A stretch of DNA of 64,000 nucleotides, from NCBI GenBank assembly GCA_964016885.1, contig OZ024745.1, positions 69,874,001 through 69,938,000 of the forward strand, given 5' to 3'. Source of the DNA: Eledone cirrhosa. Its lineage: Eukaryota. The position numbers and the translations under genes are program-made. The notes beneath the pieces were generated by a model. It did no database searches. It was not told the origin of the DNA and saw only the letters and a program-made list of their open reading frames with translations. The stretch's first letter is position 1. Each line of letters begins with the position of its first letter. Shown in pieces: positions 53,641 to 64,000 of this stretch.

Positions 53641-54366
53641 GTATACATATACGGACGTCTGTATACATATATGGACGTCTGTATACATATACGGACGTCT
53701 GTATACATATATTTATGTACGTATACATACTTATATTTAAGTAACAGCCGTACTAAGAGTGGAAAATTAAATTTCGTTTCATTTTTTCCGTTTATTTATA
53801 TTTAGTTTGGAACACTATCCTTTTTTAAATATCCATCGAGCGCACGATGGTCTGCGCGCACGATCCTCCATATATGCATGTGTGTTTATAATAAACTTAT
53901 AATAAAAAATCGCTTACGAGAATAAATTATAAATTGGCTGTAGACCGTTTTCGGTGCACCCGGCCGATTAACCCACTCAATATGCAAATTAGGCTGCTCA
54001 GCCGTTAAAATGCATAAGGAAAGTATATACTTTCAGACGTTCAATCACCTGGCAGGAAGGTATATGTTGCTGACGATAGCTAATAAGCTTGAAACTAGTA
54101 CAGCGTTCCTGTGTCAGTGTTGAACAAACAAGCAATGATGGTTGGTAGACACTACGGCTTAATACGGGATGTTTGTTTACAAACACACCGAGCATTATAA
54201 TAAATGTTCGGTGAGTCCATACGTACATCTATATATGTGTGCATGTATGTATATATACATACTACTGTACGTCTGTATACATATATTTATGTACGTATAC
54301 ATACATATATTTAAGTAACAGCCGTACTAAGAATGAGAAATGAAATTTCGTTTCATTTTTCCGTTT
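53641..54366 (+). mobile_element. Diverged homolog of the 22-24 kb hammerhead unit (1 unit plus ~120-bp terminal redundancy, period ~574 bp)
   Basis: Reverse-complement similarity to the array units; extra ~140-bp segment at 53800-53945; lacks the long internal (TA)n; ends at (TA)n. Confidence 0.85.
54065..54105 (+). ncRNA. Type I hammerhead
   Basis: TGTTG CTGACGA TAGCT AATA AGCTT GAAA CTAG TA CAGCG; stem I sequence differs from the array copies but still pairs. Confidence 0.85.
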
Positions 54367-54375
54367 ATATATATT

Positions 54376-54491
<116 letters not shown>

Positions 54492-54929
54492 TATAAATAC
54501 ATATATATATTCAGGCATCTAAATAGTAAGCATGAGAATTATCTTGTTAAATTAATTCTACAAAATCACACCATATGTCGTGTTTAAATGTCCATCACTA
54601 TTGATGTGTTTATCCGACTATTCCATGTTTGAAATAAGTAGGCAACCAGGTCAGGAAAACATATTCGTGTGCGCTGGTTTGTTCTATGTTGATAGGTATT
54701 AATCAGTGTGCAGCATTATAGATATTGATTTGCTTCACAGAGTAAACAGTTGTCTCTCCAATGAGACATTTTGTTTTTGTCTGTGTCCGTGTGTTGTGTA
54801 CAGTGAAATATAGCAGTGAACATGATATATGACAGTGAATAAAAGTGGGGTAATTCTAATATGTATATTTAGTATGGTGACAGACAACAACAATATGTGA
54901 TGTGTATTTAAAAGCAGCCATATAGAAAT

Positions 54930-54947
54930 ATACACAAACACACACAC

Positions 54948-54982
<35 letters not shown>

Positions 54983-54996
54983 CATATAAATATGTA

Positions 54997-55056
<60 letters not shown>

Positions 55057-55154
55057 AGTGTGTGTGTGTATGTGTGTGTATATATACATATATGCCTACA
55101 TGTATATATATATATACATACATATATGCATATATGTATATATACATATATATA

Positions 55155-55194
<40 letters not shown>

Positions 55195-55293
55195 TATATA
55201 AGCATATATATATATGCATATATATATGCATATATATAAATAGGTATATTTATGCATATATGTATGTATATATATATATGCGGTGTTATATAC

Positions 55294-55366
<73 letters not shown>

Positions 55367-55370
55367 AACG
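54930..55370. repeat. Compound (TA/TG/CA)n microsatellite
   Basis: Low-complexity tract. Confidence 0.95.
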
Positions 55371-55789
55371 TATATAACACCGCCCACACATACCTACAGG
55401 TAAATACACATATGTTCGCTAAACGTACGTCAACCAAAATAGAAAGTACACTTATACACACACCCTACAATCGTGCAAACACTCATACACACACAAATGC
55501 AAAATACAGGTATACACATAACCATAGACGCATGTACCGGTATATATAATATAATATATACACCTATAACAAATACAGGCAAATATACGTACGAGAAAGT
55601 ATACGTACCTTCAAAAAACATAGAAGTAATATATATTTACCTATACAAATCAGTAATGGAAGCAGAAATTAAAAATTAGAATTGGAGCTCTGAAATTTTT
55701 AATTTCTGCCTGACCAACAACCGCTCTGCATAATCAGCTCCTGATTATTTACTAGATTTCTATAAGAATATAACATCATTGATCTCGGT

Positions 55790-55864
55790 AGACAGGAGGG
55801 GTAGTTGGCCTTGATAAGCTTCAACCAAAGCGAAACAAGACTTGTCGGCTTATCTCCCCTGTTT
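55790..55864 (+). ncRNA. Type I hammerhead, U3-A8 variant, unit 1
   Basis: GGCC TTGATAA GCTT CAACCA AAGC GAAA CAAGACTTG TC GGCT; stem I extends via GGGGTA/TATCTC and ACAGG/CCTGT. Confidence 0.82.
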
Positions 55865-56105
55865 GCTGAGATCAAAGTAAGTGAATTTGTCACTACTTTA
55901 AAACAATAGCTTACGGTCTTCAAAATGCTTTTAATTAAGCATAAAGTGTATTGCAAAATACATTATATATACATCCATATATATATTGCTATTTCAGAGC
56001 TCCAATTCTAATTTTTAATTTCTGCCTGATCAACAACCGCTCTGCATAATCAGCTCCTGATTATTTACTAGATTTCTATAAGAATATAACATCATTGATC
56101 TCGGT

Positions 56106-56180
56106 AGACAGGAGGGGTAGTTGGCCTTGATAAGCTTCAACCAAAGCGAAACAAGACTTGTCGGCTTATCTCCCCTGTTT
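56106..56180 (+). ncRNA. Type I hammerhead, U3-A8 variant, unit 2
   Basis: Identical motif 316 bp downstream. Confidence 0.82.
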
Positions 56181-56321
56181 GCTGAGATCAAAGTAAGTGA
56201 ATTTGTCACTACTTTAAAACAATAGCTTACGGTCTTCAAAATGCTTTTAATTAAGCATAAAGTGTATTGCAAAATACATTATATATACATCCATATATAT
56301 ATTGCTATTTCAGAGCTCCAA

Positions 56322-56370
<49 letters not shown>

Positions 56371-56425
56371 CATTTTCGGGTGTGTATGATTGTGTATAGA
56401 AGATTATATTAATAGAAGGCCTTGC

Positions 56426-56545
56426 CATTCTGTGTTCAAATCCCGCCGAGGTTAATTTTGCCTTTCATCCTTAGTGGTCGATAAAATAAAGTTTACAGTG
56501 ATGCACTCGATATTTGCTGGCCTTGTGCCAAACGTAGAACAATTA
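56426..56545 (+). mobile_element. 5'-truncated tRNA-derived SINE
   Basis: gttcaaatcccgccgagg..gcctttcatcct..ggtcgataaaataaag..gctggccttgtgcc. Confidence 0.85.
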
Positions 56546-57229
56546 ATAAAAGGAATTCCAAATTTGTCTGATTTATTCGTTTTATTTACAATCCTTTAAA
56601 ATTATAATGATATTATAATGAAATAGTATGGTAGAATATTAAATGCTAAGTGTTAATTGAACAAGTACTTTCATGCTTTTGCAATAGTCAGGTTCATATT
56701 CTGTGCTGACAGTCAAGTTTGCAATTTTCAACTGTCTATATATATATATACATATATATGCCTACATACATATATATATATATATTCCGTGATATTCCTT
56801 GTTCGATCTTTATGCTGATAGCTTATAGTTTTAAGCAGGCAGTATTATTGATTTACGTGTCATAGAAACCCTACATTTGGTTTTACCACTAATTCCATTT
56901 GGGTCCAGGTCGGTTTTTATCATTTATTTTGTTTGACCTGTTTAGCTTGATTTGTTTTTTTGGCTTAGGTGGTTAATGACTTCTTAACCACTTTTTCAGT
57001 TTGTATGGCGTTTTAAATTATTGTTTAACTCTAGTTTTTTAAAACTATTGAGCGCTTGCCAGCATTTCTACGATTTTGCGTTTCGTTTCGCTTTTTCTAC
57101 CAGCCGAAATACGTTTCTCTCTGAATTATATTGTATTAATCTCTCGAGTCTTACAATTAACCTGTTAATAATTCTATTGACAGATTAATTGTATAAGTTT
57201 ATTTTAAAAACTACCCGGTTGAATGCTTA

Positions 57230-58480
57230 TTCGATTTGTGCTATCTATGACAGTCCATCTTTATTTAGACTTTACTATAAAAGGCATCTATGCATATCTA
57301 GGCATATATCACATTTATGTAACAGCTGTTCCTAGAGACTTTTTCCTTCGATATGAAATCCCAGATATTTCTGAGATATCTCGTGGAAAGAATCTACCTG
57401 TTCAATATGTTTTCTATATAGTATCCATGATTCACAAAATTACAGCACTTTTGAGTCAAACTCATTCCTCATTCATTCCATGTCCTTGCTTGCATCACTA
57501 GGCTTGGTAATCCTATTCAGCATCTCATTGTCTAACGAAACGCTAGGATTGATTGTGTCTACTAAGTATGGGAAGAACCTCACGACGTTAGAATCTTATA
57601 TTTGACAAGACTTTGATGTGATGCTGCACTGTATTTGGGCCGATGTAGTGCTATGTCTATTCTTTGAATTCTGTCTTTTTAACAATCTTTGTTAGGTCAA
57701 ATGGTTTTGATGTTGAGGCAAACCGGCTTACAACTTCTTTTGCCTCCCAGAAACATTAGCTATTGGATCTGCATCATCTGCAAACAAGTAAGCTAAAAGC
57801 ACTTTTGTTCTAGTAAGGGTCTTCCTCTTAAATCGTAGCTTTTAATAAACACAACTGATGTTCTAAATTTAAACAACACTCCATCAATATAGTTCTTGAA
57901 GGCATATTCTGGCATCAGAGAAGACTAAATAGCAAACAAAACAAGCTCTCCTTTTTTTGTCCCAGTTTTTACAGGTAAAGGAACTGATGTAGCTCCAACT
58001 GATTTTACAGAGGTTTGCATGTGTTCATTGAAGACTTTTATTCTACTGAGCATCAGCACTGACCACAAAGCATGGCGATTGTCAGAGTCAAAAGCCTTTA
58101 AGTCAACAAGTTAAATATATATGTCTCTGTTTTTCTCCAGTACCTTCTCTGCAACCTACCGCATGCAAGATATCATGTCTGTAAATCCACGTCCGGCCCT
58201 GAAGCCGCACAATGATTCAGAAATAAACATGGTATACCAGGTAAGTTATTATTCTGTTGAGAACAACAGTATCTTGCGCGCTATAGAAAGCAGTGATAAA
58301 AAATGATGATTGAGGCCAGGGCAAGATTTCGTTTGTAGAAATCCAGCTATCGCAAATAATTGTGTATCTACTATCCTTACGACATCGATATTGTCAAAGA
58401 TATTCTGAAAGATTATGCTTCAAGACACTTTGATTTTTTTAAAGTGTAACCATGTGCTTTGATCTGTGTAAATATGTAAT
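57230..58480 (-). mobile_element. Old RTE-clade LINE RT remnant
   Basis: Minus-strand motifs in the correct order: ESLCGFRAGRGFTDMI (~58170-58218), VDLKAFDS (~58083-58107), LFADDAD (~57767-57787), FPYL (~57565). Boundaries approximate. Confidence 0.78.
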
Positions 58481-59017
58481 AACAATATATTTAATGGTCT
58501 TTAACCTTCTCTGAATATCTTATAACAGGTGGCTAATTATTACATAAGTCTCTATGAATCAGTATTGTGCAATTTAGTTAAGTTTTCAATGTCCTTTCCC
58601 AATATTGGAAAATAACATAGGATTTTCTTGCAAGTTGAGACGTTCTTTGGACTGGAGCTTATAATATTTAAATGCTGATACTCATTTTATAGCATAAGCG
58701 CAGTGGAGCAAGACGAAATGAAGTATATTGTTCATGAAGACATTGTAACTGTAGGTCGAAGAATCGAGCATACATCTTTACGAACATGAGACCAACTACT
58801 AGGTGCGTGCGTTACAGATCTCTGTAAATCGATTAAGATATAAGTTTTTTAAAGATAATTTTTAAGCGTTATTGTGAAACAAAGTTTTAATTAAGTTACA
58901 TATCAGAGAACTCTATAATTCAATTTTGGAATGGAAATCTTTCGAAACATTCTTTTCAGCAGGAAGTACACATATTGTTTAAAACATAATTTGATAATTA
59001 AATGTTATGCTTTCTAG

Positions 59018-59599
59018 CATAGGAGAGTTAATACGCTTCAGTTACTATGCGGAATATAATATAATCCGGTAAGTGTATATTTTAGGGTTGTTTCCTCCCT
59101 ACTTCAATTCTGATCGAGCAGACATATGGACAAGGACATTGCATATTGAGCTTTACTCAGACAAAACGAATTTAGACCTCGATTAACCAATGTTTCCGCT
59201 TTAGAGGGGCAGTCGTATGTGATTTAAGGAAGATTTCTTTGCTATTTTTAGCAAAATGTGCAACTACCTAGAGAGCCTCTCGTTATTTTATTTCCTATTG
59301 GTCGTAAAAGTACCAATTATGTTTTCACCTTCTATCGTGTTTGGTTTTAGGCGTCGCAGGTGCCTTGATATCTTGAGATAGCTTTTGTTGAAGTACTCTG
59401 TTTAATTTTAATATAAACAAACCTCTAATGACGTTCTGCCAACATTAACAATTATAAACTGTACACAATAATTATGTCCAATTTAGTACATCACCAGATT
59501 TTAATGTATTTTCCAAACACCGTCTTCATCCATATATTACCGTAGGATGTCACTACCATTAGCGGCAGCAAACAGAAAAAAAACACATCGTGGCCAAAG
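59018..59599 (+). other. Two candidate phase-compatible micro-exons (59018-59068 and 59546-59599)
   Basis: tttctag|51 nt|gtaagt and ccgtag|54 nt|gtaatt; the joined frame is open: IGELIRFSYYAEYNIIRMSLPLAAANRKKTHRGQ. No recognisable homology. Confidence 0.2.
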
Positions 59600-59954
59600 G
59601 TAATTTACTAATGGATGCTTTAAGTTTTGAAAATCAAATTTGTGAAGTTAATGGCATAATCATTATCCATGTTGTAGTATAAAGAACGAAAATGGGATGT
59701 TAAAAGTAGACTACACCAGAAATACCAGTTGTTAGAACTAGGAGACTCGACACAATTAAATACCAGCTGAGATTTCGCACTTAATCTCATGAGAGATAAT
59801 TCTGGAACAAAGAATAAAATGTAAAAGACATTTAAATCAATTCAGCATGATCTCGCTTTAAAAAAAAACCTCCCAAGATTTAAATTATATCAGAAATACA
59901 ATCTGTTCTACTATAGTTTCTGTCGTCACAGTTACTAATATTATTAGTCTTATT

Positions 59955-60715
59955 AGGTTAACTTTGCCTTTCATCCTTACGGGGTCGATAAAATAAAGTA
60001 CCAGTAATGCACTGGATAAGTGCTGGCCTTGTTCCAAAAGTAGAAACAATTATTAGTCTTATTAGGGCATTGGATTGGCAGTATCGATAGAGGGTCGGAC
60101 GCTATGATTTGCAACATAGAGTTACGGTCCTTTATGATCTGAGTTCAAATCTCGCCGAGGTTAACTTTGCCTTTCCTCCCTACGGGGTCGATAAAATAAA
60201 GTACCAGTCACGCACTGGGGTCGATTTAATCACACACACCCCACCCACCCCCAGAAAAAAAGAAAATGGTTGGTCTTGTGCCTATATAAGAAACCAATAT
60301 TATTAGGGCGGTGGATTGGCAGTATCGGTAGAGCGTCAGACACCATGCTTTGCAGCATAGAGTTACAGCCCTTTATGATCCGCGTTCAAATCCCGCCGAG
60401 GTTAACTTTGATTTCATCCTTACGGGGTCGATAAAATAAAGTACCAGTCACGCACTGGTTCGATTTAATCGACTACCTCCTCTCCCAAAATTGCTGGCCT
60501 ATATAAGAAACCATTATTAGGGAGGTGGATTGGCAGTATCGGTAGAGATTCGGACACCATGCTTTGACACATTGAGTTACGGCTCTTGCCATTCTGAGTT
60601 CTAATCCTGCCGAGGTTTACTTTGCCTTTCATCCTTACCGGGTGGATAAAAAAATAAAGTACCAGTAATGTACTGGTTAATTGCTGGCCTTGTGCCAAAT
60701 GTAAAACAATTATTA
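59955..60715 (+). mobile_element. Four head-to-tail tRNA-derived SINE copies
   Basis: Copies at ~59955, 60065, 60305 and 60520 joined at attattag. Confidence 0.9.
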
Positions 60716-60928
60716 GTCTTATTTATATTCCGTCTTTTCACTGCAATAACGAGCGTTGGTGAGCATGCATTGAATACGTACATTGTTATGTGTGTTGTTA
60801 TATTGGGGTGTGCTTGTATAGAATACAAGCTATAGGTGTCGTGTTGGAAGTGATTACATAGAATGTGTTGTCTGTGTTGCATTGTAATATTGTCATTTGA
60901 TTGTCTACAATATCAGTTATGTTATAAT

Positions 60929-61113
60929 AATTATTTCTACTTTAGGCACAAGGCCAGCAACTACCCAGTGCCTCACTGGTACTTTATTTTATCGACCCCG
61001 TAAGGATGAAAGGCAAAGTCAACCTCGGCGGGATTTGAACTCAGATCGTAAAGGGACGTAACTATGCTAGAAAGCATGGCGTCCTACCCTCTACCGATAC
61101 TACCAATCCACCG
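60929..61113 (-). mobile_element. tRNA-derived SINE copy
   Basis: Full reverse-complement copy. Confidence 0.9.
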
Positions 61114-61494
61114 TAATAATGGTTGGTGGTTGTAGAATATATACTGTGTAAATTGAGTCATATTAATGGCATTCTTATAGAACAAGTTCTGTGTTATTTG
61201 CACTGTAGTATTATAGGCGATTGTAAAGAATATATATTCTGCTACGAGAATTACATTATAGGTGATTGGTGACTAAATAAATTATCATCTGTAATGAGGG
61301 TGTAGATTATTAATTGTGTGAGTTACGTTGTGTTGTGCGTAAGGGATTGTAGAATGTACCCTGTGCTAGTTTATTTGCAATATTGAGATTAAATTTTTAT
61401 TGAAGAGGTGCCTGTGAGTCGTGCTACGGTCTTGAAAATTGAGTGTTGCATATGTGCTATGGAAGGTATGTTATTATATTATATTTGGGAGTGA

Positions 61495-61895
61495 GAGGGT
61501 GATTGATTGGTAGTATTGCTAGGGCATCGGATAGCAGGTTTAGCGTTCTGAGTTCAAATACTGCCAAGGTATTTTTTAAAATAAACCAGGAACGCACTAA
61601 GTTCGATTTAAACGACTCCCACACCCAGAGAAAAATCGTTGGCCAAGTGTTTAAATCACAAGCGGTTATATTGTATAGTGCCTGGTGGTAGTATCGGTAG
61701 AGCGTCACACAGCTTCATTTGTGATATACAGTTACGGCACTTTACGTTCCGAGTTCAAATTTCATCAACGTTAACTTCGCCTTTTATCCTTATCTTTTCG
61801 ATAAAATAGAGCACCAGTAACGCACTGGATTCGATTTAATCGACTTTCTCCGTTCCATTCAAAATTGAAGGTATTGTTCCAAATGTAGAAACAAC
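61495..61895 (+). mobile_element. Two diverged SINE copies in tandem
   Basis: ggtagtat..gagttcaaat occurs twice, each with a tcgatttaa tail. Confidence 0.75.
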
Positions 61896-62590
61896 TACAT
61901 TGACAGTTGATTCGGCAAAACATGGTTTCGGCAAAACATGTGGATTGTTTTTCGTGTGAGTTGTGGTGTCCTAAACACTCTAATCGTTATTTCTAGTCAT
62001 AACTGACCTTTCGTACAAAAGGATCATGGACATATTTCAATTATTATTTGAGAATATTTAAAATTAACATATTTAGGCCAGTCAAGCAATGATTATCTTA
62101 ATTTTCTGATGATTGCAGGTGTCATTTGAATTCAAAATGCAGAGGTCTCTAAATGATAACATTACCTCTGGAATGCTCCTTTATCTATCGACCCCGAAAT
62201 GTGGGAAGGCACAGCTAACCCACACCGAGATATTTAATACGATACCCCAAAGACTTTGATACATCGTCTCCTTCTAAGATGCAGTGGTTATTCCACGAGA
62301 AACGTACTGCATGATCGATATAATTTAGTTTAACACAGTAAGTGTATGTGTGTTTGTCGAGCTTCAAATGAAGATATGCGATTATTTTCTTGGGTAAACT
62401 GTGGAAGATGTATTTAAATATTGAATACGAAGGACGCTTTCTCTGCCTCGTCCTTTCAGTGCAACTGTTTTTTTATTCAACTTTTAACTCCTCACATTTT
62501 CTCGCTTCCTGTTCGTAAATATAAACAACTGAATACGAAAGGTTAACTGAACATGAAACATCCTATAAATACATATTCAAACAGATAAAA

Positions 62591-62721
<131 letters not shown>

Positions 62722-62812
62722 CATATATATATATATATTTGGACATATATCTCTATTTTCTTTATTTCAATAGAAAGTCTGAATTCTGACACCCCAGCGA
62801 ACCAACCATATT

Positions 62813-63405
62813 AACTGAACCAGAACAATTCTCCCATCCCATTTCTCTTGACCATTATCTTTTGTTTGTCATAAAATTCTCTAAAAGGCTACACAATAAA
62901 TTCCCAAATACGGGCGCGAAATTTAATTAACTTGTTCTGGTGACAGTCATAATTTCATTTATAACCAATCAAATTACATTTATTTAAAAAAGCCTTCGTG
63001 AGCCACTTTTTTTAAAGTAAAAAGAAATTCAAACAAACTGACGCCAAAGCTGATCTGCTTATTCACGTGATTTCACTCATATATGAAAAAAGAACCTGCC
63101 ATATTCACTGAACTAGAATTCCCCCCATCCCATTTCTCTTGACCATTATCTTTTGTTTGTCATAACATTCTCTAAAAGGCTACACAATAAATTCCCAAAT
63201 ACGGGAGCAAAATTTAATGAACTTGTTCACGTGACAGCCATAATTTCATTTATAACCAATCAAATTACATTTATAAAAAAAAAAGCCTTCGTGAGCCCCT
63301 TTTTTTAAGTAAAAAGAAATTCAAAGAAACTGGCGCGAAAGCTGATGTGCTTATTCACGTGACTGCATCGACCAACCAAACTTCACTCATTTATGAAAAA
63401 AAACA
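62813..63405. repeat. Tandem duplication, ~292-bp unit
   Basis: cccatcccatttctcttgaccattatc...gcttattcacgtga at 62834 and 63123; no hammerhead found. Confidence 0.9.
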
Positions 63406-63546
63406 ACCTGAGCCCCCCCCCCCGCCTTGTATGAAGAACTTTGTAACGGATTCTTGCTATTGGTCAATTTCAACCTGGTTATAAAACCTTACTTATTCAT
63501 ATGTATGTTTTTTTGTATACTTCAATAAACAAAACTCATTATATCT

Positions 63547-63925
63547 GCGGTGGATTGGCAGTATCGGTAGAGGGTCGGACGCCATGCTTTCCAGCATAGT
63601 TATGTCCCTTTACGATCTGAGTTCAAATCCCGCCGAGGTTGACTTTGCCTTTCATCCTTACAGGGTCGATAAAATAAAGTACCAGTAATGCACTGGGTTA
63701 TTGCTGGCCTTGTGCCTAAAGTAGAAACAATTATTTCTGGTGAATTCGCAGTATCGGTAGAGGGTCGGCCGCCATGCTTTCCAGCATAGTTACGTCTCTT
63801 TACGGTCTGAGTTCAAATCGCGTCCAGGTTAACTTTGCCTTTCATCCTTACGGGGTCGATAAAATAAAGTACCAGTAATGTACTGGGTATTTGCTGGCCT
63901 TGTGCCAAAAAGTAGAAACAATTAT
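63547..63925 (+). mobile_element. Two tandem full-length tRNA-derived SINE copies
   Basis: A box tggcagtatcgg, B box gagttcaaatc, tail gctggccttgtgcc..agtagaaacaatta. Confidence 0.92.
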
Positions 63926-64000
63926 ATCTGGAGACGGCAGGTAGTGAATACGTATGTTTTTTTCTTACTATGATATGTTTTACATAGATCAATAATTGAA

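Larger units (their letters stand above)
55662..56327 (+). mobile_element. 316-bp tandem dimer with hammerheads (retrozyme-like) plus 35-bp inverted junction copy
   Basis: Units 55696-56011 and 56012-56327 are almost identical; 55662-55696 is the reverse complement of 55991-56025; 3' end abuts (TA)n. Confidence 0.88.

Noticed and set aside
55699-55956. 85-aa minus-strand ORF repeated in both 316-bp units
   Set aside because: Non-ATG start, no recognisable domain, antisense to the hammerhead; its repetition is explained by the duplication.
63547-63640. tRNA gene
   Set aside because: A and B boxes are present but there is no cloverleaf or terminator; it continues into the SINE body and is multi-copy.

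Overview
AT-rich eukaryotic repeat-dominated DNA with no confidently identifiable host gene. The SINE content suggests a cephalopod/octopus-like mollusc (inference). Contents: (1) three decayed Naiad-type Penelope-like elements (YRDD RT, CxCx5Cx5C finger, GIY-YIG) plus a 2.8-kb palindrome of inverted Penelope pLTRs; (2) about 13 type I hammerhead ribozyme motifs read directly from the sequence, including two non-coding tandem families that look like retrozymes: a 4-unit ~500-bp array at 22.6-24.7 kb with a covarying homolog at 54 kb, and a 316-bp dimer at 55.7-56.3 kb with a U3-A8 variant core; (3) a Naiad copy whose only two in-frame stops are TGA at cysteine positions (selenocysteine candidate); (4) a head-to-tail chain of R4/Dong RLE retrotransposons joined by (TAA)n; (5) CRE, L1/Tx1 and RTE fragments, many tRNA-type SINEs, and abundant (TA)n tracts with adjacent fold-back inversions. 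Most short ORFs in the track are microsatellite or antisense artefacts. All structures were read by eye; none was computed.
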